Shown: positions 26,702 to 36,491, numbered from the stretch's first letter. The stretch is DNA of 58,673 bases from Clostridia bacterium (GCA_017399105.1 JAFQEJ010000018.1:1-58673); one strand, 5' to 3'. Program-made: numbers and translations. The notes: generated from the letters alone by a model not told the origin.

Positions 26702-27565
26702 TTAATTAGGTTTCTTGTCGAAGAGGGCACGGCGTGCGGTGGAATAACGCATCATTTCGCGCATTCCTTCGGCATCGTCGTCCTCAATCATGATTTTCAG
26801 TCTATCAAGCTCACGCTGGAAGAGATTCATCTGCTTGAGCAGTGCTTCCTTGTTGAGTAAGAATAGCTCGCTCCACATCTCATCGTTCAGGCGTGCAATT
26901 CTTGTCAGATCACGGAAGGAGTCGCCGGTGTAGTCCTCCAGATGCTCGGTTTGCTGGCAGGTCATCAGCGATACCGCGATACAGTGGGTGAGCTGGGAAA
27001 CGAAGGCGATGATTTCATCGTGATCGTCGGGCGAAAGACGGGATACGCGGGCAAATCCCAATACATTACCCAGATCCTCGCATAATTCGATGGCATCGGG
27101 GGTGTTTCTCTCGGACGGGGTTACCACATAGTTGGCACCGCGGAAGATGGAGTCATCACTGTTTTTGACACCGCTGACCTCGCGTCCTGCCATCGGATGA
27201 GCTGCGATGAATTCCACATCGGGACGCAGGATGCTCTGAATTTCAGAGACGATACAGCCCTTGACACCGGTGACGTCGGTGATGACAGCTCCCGGCTTGA
27301 AGAGGTCTTGATGCTCCTTCACCCAGTCAAGGAAAATATGAGGATAAAGGGCGAACACGATGAGATCAGCCTCACCGACGAGTGCAGGATCGACACTTGC
27401 TGCACCTGCAGTGATCATGCCATCCTCCATGGCGAAATCGATGGAGGACTGACTGCGTGTAATCGCCGTGACGCGGTAGCCCTTTTTGGTCAGTGCCTTT
27501 GCATAGCTTCCGCCCAAAAGACCGAGACCGACGATGAGAATATTCATATCTTTGGTAAGCTTCAT
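26702..27565 (-). CDS. tyrA: Prephenate dehydrogenase
   Basis: NAD-binding ILIVGLGLLGGS and a PDH domain. Confidence 0.85.
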   Translation of the reverse strand: MKLTKDMNILIVGLGLLGGSYAKALTKKGYRVTAITRSQSSIDFAMEDGMITAGAASVDPALVGEADLIVFALYPHIFLDWVKEHQDLFKPGAVITDVTGVKGCIVSEIQSILRPDVEFIAAHPMAGREVSGVKNSDDSIFRGANYVVTPSERNTPDAIELCEDLGNVLGFARVSRLSPDDHDEIIAFVSQLTHCIAVSLMTCQQTEHLEDYTGDSFRDLTRIARLNDEMWSELFLLNKEALLKQMNLFQRELDRLKIMIEDDDAEGMREMMRYSTARRALFDKKPN

Positions 27566-28788
27566 TTTATAATTGCCTCCGCTCCGAGAGAATTGAGTAA
27601 TGTAAAGTAATCGGGCAGACTCTTTGAAACAGCCTGTGCGTCGTCGATTCTGCCGCCTGTGACCGTAAGAAGAGTGGCAAGTGCCATAACAATGCGGTGA
27701 TCGTTGTGCCCGTGAAGCAGCTCATCCGGAGCATGGAACGCTTCTGGAATCACGCGAATGGTGTCCTCCTCAAGCTCGGCTTTGACGCCGAATTTTGCAA
27801 GCTCGGCTGCCATAGCAGTACCGCGGTCGCTTTCCTTGATCTTAAGCCGCTTCGTACCGGTCAATGTGATGCCATGCTTTGCAGCAGCCAGAGCCATAAA
27901 AATTGGCCCGAGGTCGGGACAGTCGCCGATATGAACGGTGGGACAGCCGCTCGCAATCTGCGGGAAGATCGTGCGGTAAATGCGGTCACCCTGAAGGCTG
28001 TTTTCATTGAGTCCTGTTACGCTGACATCATGACCGAGGCAGGGAAGTGCCTCAAAAAATGCGGTGTTGGAGTAATCACCTTCAACCGAAACATCGGCGG
28101 GGGTGTATTGCTGATTTCCCGCTATCGAGATGGTATGATGATCGCTCCAATTCACACGGATGCCAAAGAGCGCGAGGGCGGCGATTGTCATGTCAATATA
28201 GGATCTGCTTTCAATCGGTTCACTGATTGAAAGAATGCTGTCATTATCCAAAAGGGGGAGCGTGAAGAGCAATCCTGTGATAAACTGACTGCTGATATTG
28301 CCTGCGATCTCATAAACACCTGCGCTGAGCTTGCCGCCGACCTCGATTGCACCGTCTTTGCGGATAAAGGTCAGCTTCTGTTTGACGCAAATTTCCTCAT
28401 AAACGCTTTGAGGACGCTCCATGAGGCGGGGCGAGCCTGTCAGTGTGAAATGTTCATCCTTAGCTGCGGCTTCGTCGGAGACCATGCAGAGGGGAATCAT
28501 GAATCTCAGCGTACTTCCGCTTTCACGGCAGGCCAGGGAGGCAGCCGGCTTTGCCTTTCGCAGATCAGTGCCGCGAATTTCAACTGCGCTGCCCTTTTTG
28601 GTACAGCTTACACCGAGAGCAGTGAGGGCATCCAGCGTGGCATGCATATCCTCTGAGTCGGAGATTCCCTCGATGTGGGAGATTCCGTTGGCAAGAGCTG
28701 CGCAGATCATCATGCGATGTCCCATACTTTTTGATGGCGGTGCCTGGATAATGCCCTTCAGCCTGGCGGGCTTAATTTCTGCAATCAT
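27562..28788 (-). CDS. aroA: 3-phosphoshikimate 1-carboxyvinyltransferase (EPSP synthase)
   Basis: 408 aa with APPSKSMGHRMMICAALANG near the N-terminus. Confidence 0.9.
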   Translation of the reverse strand: MIAEIKPARLKGIIQAPPSKSMGHRMMICAALANGISHIEGISDSEDMHATLDALTALGVSCTKKGSAVEIRGTDLRKAKPAASLACRESGSTLRFMIPLCMVSDEAAAKDEHFTLTGSPRLMERPQSVYEEICVKQKLTFIRKDGAIEVGGKLSAGVYEIAGNISSQFITGLLFTLPLLDNDSILSISEPIESRSYIDMTIAALALFGIRVNWSDHHTISIAGNQQYTPADVSVEGDYSNTAFFEALPCLGHDVSVTGLNENSLQGDRIYRTIFPQIASGCPTVHIGDCPDLGPIFMALAAAKHGITLTGTKRLKIKESDRGTAMAAELAKFGVKAELEEDTIRVIPEAFHAPDELLHGHNDHRIVMALATLLTVTGGRIDDAQAVSKSLPDYFTLLNSLGAEAIIK

Positions 28789-29231
28789 GCCTGAGCCTTC
28801 TTTCCTGTGTGTTCGATCAGAAGATCCAGCGCTTCGAGATAGCCCTTTGTACCGTGCCCCGAGATGGTGGCGATGCAGGCGGCGCGGATGTAGCTGACCT
28901 GACGGAAATCTTCGCGGGAGGATAGGTCAGAGATATGTACCTCGACAGTGGGGGTCATAACCGATTTGACCGCATCAAGGATGGCGATGCTTGTATGTGT
29001 ATAGGCTCCGGGATTGATGATAATGCCGTCATAGGCGTTATAGGTAGACTGGATGTAATCCACCAGATCACCCTCGTGATTGGACTGACGGAAGGAAACC
29101 TCAACGCCGCGCTCGGCAGCGTAGGATTCAATTTTGGCAGTCAGCTGTGCATAAGTTTCGCTGCCGTAATGTCCTGGCTCGCGGATGCCCAGCATGTTCA
29201 GATTGGGACCATTGATGACCATGAATCTCAT
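28785..29231 (-). CDS. aroQ: 3-dehydroquinate dehydratase, type II
   Basis: 148 aa with MRFMVINGPNLNMLGIREPGHYG. Confidence 0.9.
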   Translation of the reverse strand: MRFMVINGPNLNMLGIREPGHYGSETYAQLTAKIESYAAERGVEVSFRQSNHEGDLVDYIQSTYNAYDGIIINPGAYTHTSIAILDAVKSVMTPTVEVHISDLSSREDFRQVSYIRAACIATISGHGTKGYLEALDLLIEHTGKKAQA

Positions 29232-30484
29232 ATGTGAAAATCCTTTCTGATGGAAGAAACGGTATGCTCAATGTTTTCGTCGATTTTGATCTCGCAGCCG
29301 CAGGTGGCAAGATAACGGTCATAACGCTCTTCAAATCGGCGCTTGATTGCTTCGACTGTGGATGCGAGAGGGCGGTCATCGGTGGGGATCAGTGCTTCCA
29401 GTGCGCGGTTGAGGAAATAGAGACGTCCGTTTCGGCGCAGTGCACGCACATTGTCATCGCGCAAAATCGCGCCGCCGCCTGTAGCGATGACTGCGCCATT
29501 TGTCATGGCAACCTCGCGTACGACCTCTGCTTCAATCTCGCGGAAGCCTGCTTCGCCCTGCTTTTCAAAGATTTCGGAGATTTCGCAGCCGCATTTCTTT
29601 TTGATTTCAGTATCAGTGTCGATAAAGGGACGTCCGAGGGTTTCGGCAAGAGAAAGACCTACGGTGGATTTACCGCTGCCCGGCATACCGGTGAGGACGA
29701 TGTTTTCCTTTTCAGCGCGAATCTCATCGAAAACGCGGTCAAGGATGCCCTCTTCCAGCGGTGTGTCAAGGAAGTATTCGCAAGCCTTTACCGCCTGTGC
29801 AACCAGCATGTATAGACCGCCCTCGCAGGGGAGCCCTCTATCCTCGGTATTGAGAATGAAATTGGTGCGCAGAGGATTATAAACGGCGTCCACTGTGCCG
29901 CACAGCTTCGGGAATTTCGAGATATCGATGGGGCATCCTGCAATATGCGAAGCGCCGTCGGGATAGGGGAACATGCCGCAGGGGGTGGTGTTGATGATTA
30001 CCTCGGCATCAGCGTGGTTGGCGTAGACCTCGTCATAGGAAATCACGCCTTCTTTGGCGCTTCGTCCGGCTATGAGCACCTCTCTTGCGCCCATAGCGTT
30101 GGAAACCGCAATAGAGGTCAGGCAGGTTCCGCCCGTGCCGAGGATGAGAACCTTTTTATCCTTCAGCGACAGTCCGATTCGTTCGATCAGTACAGACATG
30201 CCGTAGAAATCGGTATTATATCCGTATAATTTTCCGTCACGTTTAACGATGGTATTGACTGCACCGACTGCCTTTGCATGCTCGTCGATATGATCGAGAT
30301 AGGGGATGACTGTCTGTTTATAGGGGATGGTCACATTGATGGCGTTGAAGTCGGCGCGTTCCATAAAGGGACCGACCTCATCGGGGGTCAGCTCGGTAAG
30401 AATATATTCATAAGGGGCAAGGCGTGCATGAATCTCCTTGGAAAAGCTGTGGGGGAGATGCTCGCCGATCAGTCCGTATTTCAT
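29228..30484 (-). CDS. aroE/aroK: Bifunctional shikimate dehydrogenase / shikimate kinase fusion
   Basis: N-terminal AroE domain (KYGLIGEHLPHSFS...GTGGT) fused to a C-terminal shikimate kinase (P-loop GMPGSGKST). Confidence 0.85.
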   Translation of the reverse strand: MKYGLIGEHLPHSFSKEIHARLAPYEYILTELTPDEVGPFMERADFNAINVTIPYKQTVIPYLDHIDEHAKAVGAVNTIVKRDGKLYGYNTDFYGMSVLIERIGLSLKDKKVLILGTGGTCLTSIAVSNAMGAREVLIAGRSAKEGVISYDEVYANHADAEVIINTTPCGMFPYPDGASHIAGCPIDISKFPKLCGTVDAVYNPLRTNFILNTEDRGLPCEGGLYMLVAQAVKACEYFLDTPLEEGILDRVFDEIRAEKENIVLTGMPGSGKSTVGLSLAETLGRPFIDTDTEIKKKCGCEISEIFEKQGEAGFREIEAEVVREVAMTNGAVIATGGGAILRDDNVRALRRNGRLYFLNRALEALIPTDDRPLASTVEAIKRRFEERYDRYLATCGCEIKIDENIEHTVSSIRKDFHI

Positions 30485-31584
30485 TTTCTGTCGCCTCCCG
30501 CAAGATAATCGGTACCGTAGCGCATCGCAAGCGCATCGCAGAGTACAAGAGCAACTGCACTGTCCACTACCACGCGGGCACGGTGGACAATAGCGGGATC
30601 ATGACGTCCCCTGATCTGAAGCGGTGTGTTTTCGCAGGTCTTAAAGTTGACCGTCTGCTGCTCTTTATAGATAGAGGGGGTGGGCTTCACCGCGCAGCGA
30701 AGCAGCATGGGAGTACCGCAGGAGATGCCGCCGAGAATGCCTCCGTTGTGATTGGTTGCAGTCTTAATCTCGCCGTTTTCGGCATAGAAGGGATCGTTTG
30801 CACTGCTTCCCATCATGTCGGCAAGGGCAAATCCATCGCCAAATTCCACACCCTTGATGGCGGGAATGCTGAAGAGCATGTGTGCGAGCTGCCCCTCGAG
30901 GGTATCAAACCAGGGTTCACCCACGCCGGCGGGGAAACCGGTGATGACCGTTTCCAAACGTCCGCCTACGCTGTCGCCTTCAGAGCGCGCTTTTTCGATG
31001 GCTGCGCGCATTTTGCCCCCCTTTTTCTCATCAAGAACGGCGAAATCCCGTCCTGCAAGGAGTGCCATATCTTCCTTCAGATTCCCAAAGTCACGGTCAT
31101 AGATACCGGCGCAGGACTGAATGTGTGTGCAGATCTCGATGCCGAGCGATTTGAGTGTCGTGAGTGCAACCGCACCTGCAGCTACCAAACCTGCTGTAAT
31201 TCTGCCCGAGAAATGTCCGCCGCCGCGGATATCGTTGAAGCCGTGATATTTGGCATAGGCGGTGTAATCGGCATGACCGGGACGCGCGATGGAGCGCATC
31301 GATTCATAATCGCCGCTTCTGGTGTCGGCATTTTCGATGATGAAGGTGATGGGCGTGCCTGTGGTTATACCGTCCACAACGCCTGAAACAATCAAAACCT
31401 TGTCGTCCTCACGGCGTGCGGTAGAGAGTGAAGCAACCGATCGGCGGGCTGCCATCTGTGAGACGATGAAATCTTCATCAACCGGGATACCGGGAGCAAG
31501 TCCGTCGAGAATTGCACCGATCATTTTTCCATGGCTTTCACCGAAGATGGTGATGGCAACGCTGTTTCCAAAGCTGTTTTTCAT
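30481..31584 (-). CDS. aroC: Chorismate synthase
   Basis: SFGNSVAITIFGESHG N-terminus; 367 aa. Confidence 0.9.
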   Translation of the reverse strand: MKNSFGNSVAITIFGESHGKMIGAILDGLAPGIPVDEDFIVSQMAARRSVASLSTARREDDKVLIVSGVVDGITTGTPITFIIENADTRSGDYESMRSIARPGHADYTAYAKYHGFNDIRGGGHFSGRITAGLVAAGAVALTTLKSLGIEICTHIQSCAGIYDRDFGNLKEDMALLAGRDFAVLDEKKGGKMRAAIEKARSEGDSVGGRLETVITGFPAGVGEPWFDTLEGQLAHMLFSIPAIKGVEFGDGFALADMMGSSANDPFYAENGEIKTATNHNGGILGGISCGTPMLLRCAVKPTPSIYKEQQTVNFKTCENTPLQIRGRHDPAIVHRARVVVDSAVALVLCDALAMRYGTDYLAGGDRK

Positions 31585-32618
31585 CTGGCAAGTGCCTCCT
31601 TCGCCATGCTCTTGAATTCGGCAAGCGAGGAGGATTTCATCTCAAACCGACCGATTTCGGGGACATAAATATAGTGAATGGTGTCGCCCTCCAGCTTTTT
31701 ATCGTGTGAAAGTGCTTCGAGGGCTGTATCCAGATTGAATTTCGCTGTTGTGGGGAGCCCCGCTTTTTTCAGCACCGAGAGAATGCGGTCACGCACAGCT
31801 GTACTGCACATGGGGAGCATGCCCAGCGCTACGCATTCGCCGTGGTAGAGTCCGTCCTCACCGCGTCTGGGATCATCCTCAAGTCCTGCACAGGCTTCGA
31901 TTCCGTGGCCAAGGGTATGACCGAAATTCAGCACACGGCGCAGACCTTTTTCTGTTTCATCCTGCTCAACAACTGCTTTTTTGATCTTCAGTGAACCAAT
32001 GATGATATCATCGAGGATGGCGCTCATATCTTCATTTTCCATGCGGGTAAAGAGCGCATCGTCAAAGCAGGCCGCCATTTTGATTGCCTCGGAGAGTCCG
32101 TTTGCAATTTGTCTTGCGGGCAGTGTAGCCAGCACATCGGGATCGATCAGTACTTTTTTAGGCTGATGGAATGCACCGATGCAGTTTTTAACTCCGGCGT
32201 GATTGATAGCAGTCTTTCCGCCGATAGAAGAATCCACCTGGGAGAGCAGGGTGGTGGGAATGTTATGAAAATCGATGCCGCGCATGAAGCATGCCGAAGC
32301 GAATCCGGCAAGATCGCCCACAACGCCGCCGCCGACCGCAACTACTGCGTCGGTGCGGGTAAAGCCGCCCTCCAGCATGACGGTGCAGAGATACTCAAGG
32401 GTAGTAAAGGCTTTGCTTGCCTCACCCTGTTCAACCGTGACAACTGTGGGAGCTTTGCAGGCTGATGCGACCTTTTGAGCATATATTTCGGGCACTCCGC
32501 TGTCGGTGACAACGAGAACCTTTCGATTGAGATTTAACAGCTCACAGGCGCGGTCGATGGCACCGTGTTCGATGACAATATCGTAGCTGTTTTTACCGAG
32601 ATCGAGTGTCAGAATCAT
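31581..32618 (-). CDS. aroB: 3-dehydroquinate synthase
   Basis: 345 aa with the GGGVVGDLAGFAS nucleotide-binding block. Confidence 0.9.
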   Translation of the reverse strand: MILTLDLGKNSYDIVIEHGAIDRACELLNLNRKVLVVTDSGVPEIYAQKVASACKAPTVVTVEQGEASKAFTTLEYLCTVMLEGGFTRTDAVVAVGGGVVGDLAGFASACFMRGIDFHNIPTTLLSQVDSSIGGKTAINHAGVKNCIGAFHQPKKVLIDPDVLATLPARQIANGLSEAIKMAACFDDALFTRMENEDMSAILDDIIIGSLKIKKAVVEQDETEKGLRRVLNFGHTLGHGIEACAGLEDDPRRGEDGLYHGECVALGMLPMCSTAVRDRILSVLKKAGLPTTAKFNLDTALEALSHDKKLEGDTIHYIYVPEIGRFEMKSSSLAEFKSMAKEALAR

Positions 32619-32629
32619 AATGAACCTTC

Positions 32630-33721
32630 TTAATCCAATTTCGCAGAATAACTGAAGCTGCCCAGAACCTTCAGCTTGTCACAGCAGGAGGACAGTTCTT
32701 CACGCATCGCTCTGCCTTCATCGCTGTTCATGTTGCCTTCAAGCTCCACATAGAAATAGTACTGCCAGAGCAGCTCCTTCATGGGACGGCTTCGCAGGCA
32801 TCGCATGTTGAAGCCATGGGAACCGATGATGTTGATTGCCTTGGCAAGAGAACCGGCTTCATTGCGAACAGTAAACATGAGAATGGAGTGCTTATCAGTG
32901 CGTGTATCCTGAACAGCAGCACGGGAGAGAACGGCAAAACGTGTGGTATTGACGCTGACCTCATTGATATTCTTTTCAAGAATTTTCAAACCGTAAAGGG
33001 TTGCGGTTTCCTCGCTTGCAATAGCTGCGGTGTGGATATCGCCTGCTTTGGCGACAGCACGTGCGGCGATGGCAGTGTTTTCCGCACGGCGCTCTTCAAA
33101 TCCGTGCTCTTTGATATAAGCTGCGCACTGTGCCAATGCCTGAGGATGGCTGTAAACCTCACGGATATCTCCGATTGTAGCCTCGGGCAGACCGAGAAGA
33201 TGCTGTGTGATGGGAAAATCATAAACGCCTGTCACGTAAAGAGAACCGAAGAAGAGCATGTCTACAACCTGTCCGACCTCACCTGCGGTGCTGTTCTCGA
33301 TAGGAAGCACCGCTACATCGCAGTCGCCGTTGACAACCGCGTTATAGGCAGATTCAAAATCGGGATGAGGAACTCTTGTCGCATCGGGAAAAATTTTGTA
33401 TGACGCGATAGAAGCGAATGCACCTTCGACGCCGCTGAAGGCTACGCGAAGTCCCTCCATCTGTCTTGACTGGAACTGACGGGAGACCTTCATTACATCC
33501 CGCAGAAATTCAACATAGTAGGTGCTGAACGCATCGTCCGAAAGGCGTTCCACATTTTTGCGGATGACGGCATCCTCTCTTGCGCCGTCATATACGGGGA
33601 GTCCATGCTCCAGCTTGTATTCCGAAACCAGCTTGACAGCATGCATTCTGCGGATAAACAGCTTAGCCATTTCGCTGTCAACATGGTCGATTTCTTCTCT
33701 TGCAATTTTCAATTTATCCAT
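32630..33721 (-). CDS. pheA: Chorismate mutase / prephenate dehydratase (P-protein) with a C-terminal ACT domain
   Basis: N-terminal AroQ-type CM helix (AREEIDHVDSEMAKLFIRRM), a PDT domain and an ACT domain. Confidence 0.85.
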   Translation of the reverse strand: MDKLKIAREEIDHVDSEMAKLFIRRMHAVKLVSEYKLEHGLPVYDGAREDAVIRKNVERLSDDAFSTYYVEFLRDVMKVSRQFQSRQMEGLRVAFSGVEGAFASIASYKIFPDATRVPHPDFESAYNAVVNGDCDVAVLPIENSTAGEVGQVVDMLFFGSLYVTGVYDFPITQHLLGLPEATIGDIREVYSHPQALAQCAAYIKEHGFEERRAENTAIAARAVAKAGDIHTAAIASEETATLYGLKILEKNINEVSVNTTRFAVLSRAAVQDTRTDKHSILMFTVRNEAGSLAKAINIIGSHGFNMRCLRSRPMKELLWQYYFYVELEGNMNSDEGRAMREELSSCCDKLKVLGSFSYSAKLD

Positions 33722-33775
33722 ATGTATTGCTCCTTAAAATTCCAGCGCGAAAGCGGCAAAGCTTATATCGCTGAG

Positions 33776-34342
33776 TTAAATATATCCGTTTTCCTTTTTT
33801 TGTGCTGCCTGCTTACCCTGGGTGATCGCTCTTTTCAGGGTGGTCAGATCGGGGGTGATCTCATCGGGAAGGACAAGCTCGTCGGTTTCAGCTTCCATTT
33901 CGTAGTTTTCGAGAATCAGACGGGCTGCTGTAACGCGCGACTGCATGGTGGTGTGGCAGTGGGTGGTAAACATCTGAAGCAGGGAATACCACGAGCTTCC
34001 ATGCTTGCCTGCCATGAGATAGAGCAGCTCGCGCTTTTCAAAAGCAGAAGATCTTCTGATCAGCATGATTAGCTGCTCTTCAAGCTGTCTGTCCTCGTCG
34101 CTGTCGGCAGAATCGGAAACCGTTAAATAATGCAGCGGGTCCAGCCCGAGAAGCTTGAACCATGCGGTATATTGCGTGATATCGGGGAAGGTTACGCCTC
34201 GCTCCCAGTTTTGTATGGTCTTTTTGGAGACACCGAGTCCCACTGCCATATAATGCTGGGATTTTCCGGCATCGTTTCTTGCTTTGCAGAGCAGTGCTGT
34301 AAATCGGGAAGCGTCCTGTTCTCTGCCATAGTCATCCTTCAT
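33776..34342 (-). CDS. XRE-family HTH transcriptional regulator
   Basis: HTH_3 block (SQHYMAVGLGVSKKTIQNWERG). The likely start is MKDDYG at 34342, with AAAGGAG 7 nt upstream. It lies only 54 bp upstream of pheA. Confidence 0.7.
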   Translation of the reverse strand: MKDDYGREQDASRFTALLCKARNDAGKSQHYMAVGLGVSKKTIQNWERGVTFPDITQYTAWFKLLGLDPLHYLTVSDSADSDEDRQLEEQLIMLIRRSSAFEKRELLYLMAGKHGSSWYSLLQMFTTHCHTTMQSRVTAARLILENYEMEAETDELVLPDEITPDLTTLKRAITQGKQAAQKKENGYI

Positions 34343-34639
34343 GATGTGCTCCTTTAAAAAAAGCATATTTAAAATTTGTGAATTATTATGCATAAGCTGC
34401 GGTTATGTTGAATCAAAATTCATTATGCCGCAAAAATCTGCCCGCTTTTTAAGAAAGCTGGCGAAAATTATTTCCTCACGAAGATAAAAAAGAAAGCTGC
34501 GTAACGGCAGCGGGGAGAGTGGATCGTTGTCGCTCAATCTGTTGGCATGAATAAATCAACACTAAATAGCATTATATCATACAGCGAAAAAAATGTCAAT
34601 ATTATAGCTGAAAAGATATTATCAAATTAAAGCATAAAA

Positions 34640-34799
34640 GGGACTGTCGCATTTGCATGCGACAGTCCCTTGAATATTGATTATGCCGGTCAAAAACCGT
34701 CATTTCAGGGCGTTTTACGCCCTGAAACCAATCAATATATGCCACAAAATCGGAAATTTTGTGGCGGGGCTGTTGCAAATGAAAAATTTGCAACAGCCC
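34640..34799. repeat. Array of four different perfect inverted repeats (10-14 bp stems) within 160 bp, 3' of the sigma-factor gene
   Basis: Four hairpins, all perfect and with short A/T-rich loops: GGGACTGTCGCAT-ttgc-ATGCGACAGTCCC (34640-34669); TTTCAGGGCG-tttta-CGCCCTGAAA (34704-34728); GCCACAAAAT-cggaa-ATTTTGTGGC (34741-34765); GGGCTGTTGCAAAT-gaaaa-ATTTGCAACAGCCC (34767-34799). Confidence 0.8.
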
Positions 34800-34823
34800 A
34801 AATTTTACCTATTATTTAAAATA

Positions 34824-36491
34824 TCAGTTATCGTAAACCAGAACCGCCGGAGGACAGCAGCAGTCAAGCTCGGTCAGATGCAGTCCGCGCTCATAGGCTT
34901 CACGTACGACAGCCATGACAATGCAATGGGATGAAATGCAGTAAAGTCGGAAGACAGGCTGATTTTTTAAATGCGCCGGTGGCTTCAGCGGAATACTGTC
35001 AAGGAAGCGGCTGTAGGCATAGCCCAGCACTTCGGTCAGGCTGGTGGTTGCCGCCGATATGAAGCTGTTGATTTCATTGTATTCAGTTCGCGAGAGAATG
35101 GCAATGTCAGGCTTTAATGTGCCATTATCACGCCTCAGCATGCCGAAGGTAATATATCGGTCAATTGTCTGCAGCATGCGCTCATCCAGTTCACCGTTCT
35201 CAGGTGTAACGCCGATGTGTGTGCACCAGAGCAGCTTGTGCATGTCTCTGTTGAGAAAATAGGAATCAAAGCCTGCGGCGGAAGCACGGTAGGGCGAATC
35301 ATAGAAGGGGGTATCAAATTCATAAAGATCGAGGCATTTTGTTCCTCTGTAATCAAGAAGCCGCGAACTGCGGTGACCGCCATGAATCAAATAGTTGCTG
35401 ATTTGATTATCCTTGGCTTCATCGTAAACGGCGGGATAATGGTATGCTACAGCCGACCAGCGGCCACCGTCCTTTCTTTGAGGATAGCTGTTGGGATCAT
35501 TGAAGGATTCCTGCAGCTTCGGGCAGCCGTAAAATTCAAAATCCTGCAGTGCCTTCAGTGTTGCATAACGCTCCAGCTTTATTTTTTGCAAAGGTGTCAG
35601 TGTTTGATAGGAATCCAATTTCCGTATATTGCAGAGAAGTGTGTCCATTGCTGCCCAGAAGGTGTCGAAATGCTCCTTGACAAAGCGCTTCTGCGGCTCA
35701 AAGCGACTGTACCTGTCCTCGGGATGATAAATGATAAAATCGGTATAGATACGACCGCTGTCCTGTCTCACCATTAGCTCGCCGTCAACGAGTCTATCAA
35801 TGACAGGCTCAAGATATACGGTGGGGATACCTAACACTTCTGCAATTTCGGTGGGGAGCAGAGGCTTATCGTAGGCGACAATCAGAATGTTCTGGGCAAT
35901 GAGATCGCCGTTGACAAGTGTGTTCGGTTCACCCTTCCGACCGTCAGAGCCTCCGAAGGTCATTGCCAGTTTGCCTGGGATATATTGCTTCTTATCCATA
36001 TGTTCCTGTCCTTTCGTCAGTCTGTTCCTGAGCTGCCCCCGTCCTGCAGACAGTCTGCTTTTAACCGTTCCCTCGGGAATGCGGAGTGTTTTTGCAATCT
36101 CGGCGACGCTCTCACCTGCGAAATAGTGACGCAGCAGTACCTCGCGGCTCAGCTTTGCCAGATAAAGCAGTTCACGGCGAAGTTCTGCAGCTTCGTCGGA
36201 TTCGCAGACTGTATCAAAAACCTGATCGTCCTCATAAACATCGCCAATGGCATCCATGTTCAGAATCGGCGGCTGTCGGTATAATCTGCGAAGCCGGTCA
36301 TTTGCCTTGTGCATCAGCGTATTTGCCAGCCATGTCCGCGGATACTCAATTTCGTCTCCATGTTTGAGACAGGCAAGTGCTGCCAGCATGGTATCCGAGA
36401 CCAGGTCTTCCGCATCCTGCCGATTCTTTGATTTGGTGAGGGCGAGGGCAAAGAGATCGTCAAAGTAGGTCAGCAGCTCGGTTTTGTTCAT
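34824..36491 (-). CDS. ECF-like sigma-70 family sigma factor fused to a ~380-aa C-terminal domain of unknown function (555 aa, no TM segment)
   Basis: N-terminal ~170 aa has sigma region 2 and region 4 features (LRHYFAGESVAEIAKTLRIPEGTVKSRLSAGR). The long hydrophilic C-terminal extension contains a second HTH-like stretch. GAGGT sits 7 nt before the ATG at 36491. Confidence 0.7.
   Translation of the reverse strand: MNKTELLTYFDDLFALALTKSKNRQDAEDLVSDTMLAALACLKHGDEIEYPRTWLANTLMHKANDRLRRLYRQPPILNMDAIGDVYEDDQVFDTVCESDEAAELRRELLYLAKLSREVLLRHYFAGESVAEIAKTLRIPEGTVKSRLSAGRGQLRNRLTKGQEHMDKKQYIPGKLAMTFGGSDGRKGEPNTLVNGDLIAQNILIVAYDKPLLPTEIAEVLGIPTVYLEPVIDRLVDGELMVRQDSGRIYTDFIIYHPEDRYSRFEPQKRFVKEHFDTFWAAMDTLLCNIRKLDSYQTLTPLQKIKLERYATLKALQDFEFYGCPKLQESFNDPNSYPQRKDGGRWSAVAYHYPAVYDEAKDNQISNYLIHGGHRSSRLLDYRGTKCLDLYEFDTPFYDSPYRASAAGFDSYFLNRDMHKLLWCTHIGVTPENGELDERMLQTIDRYITFGMLRRDNGTLKPDIAILSRTEYNEINSFISAATTSLTEVLGYAYSRFLDSIPLKPPAHLKNQPVFRLYCISSHCIVMAVVREAYERGLHLTELDCCCPPAVLVYDN

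Noticed and set aside
24497-26860. Plus-strand ORFs 24497-25513 (338 aa) and 25886-26860 (324 aa)
   Set aside because: Antisense to the GH2 and DAHP synthase genes, both of which have strong family motifs.
34343-34640. Possible T-box or leader-peptide attenuator upstream of the XRE/aro operon
   Set aside because: I looked for the AGAGA/GNUGG stem I motifs and the conserved T-box sequence (…GGUGGNACCGCG…) on the minus strand and did not find them. There is also no Trp/Phe/Tyr-rich leader peptide. The region remains unexplained but is not a recognisable T-box.
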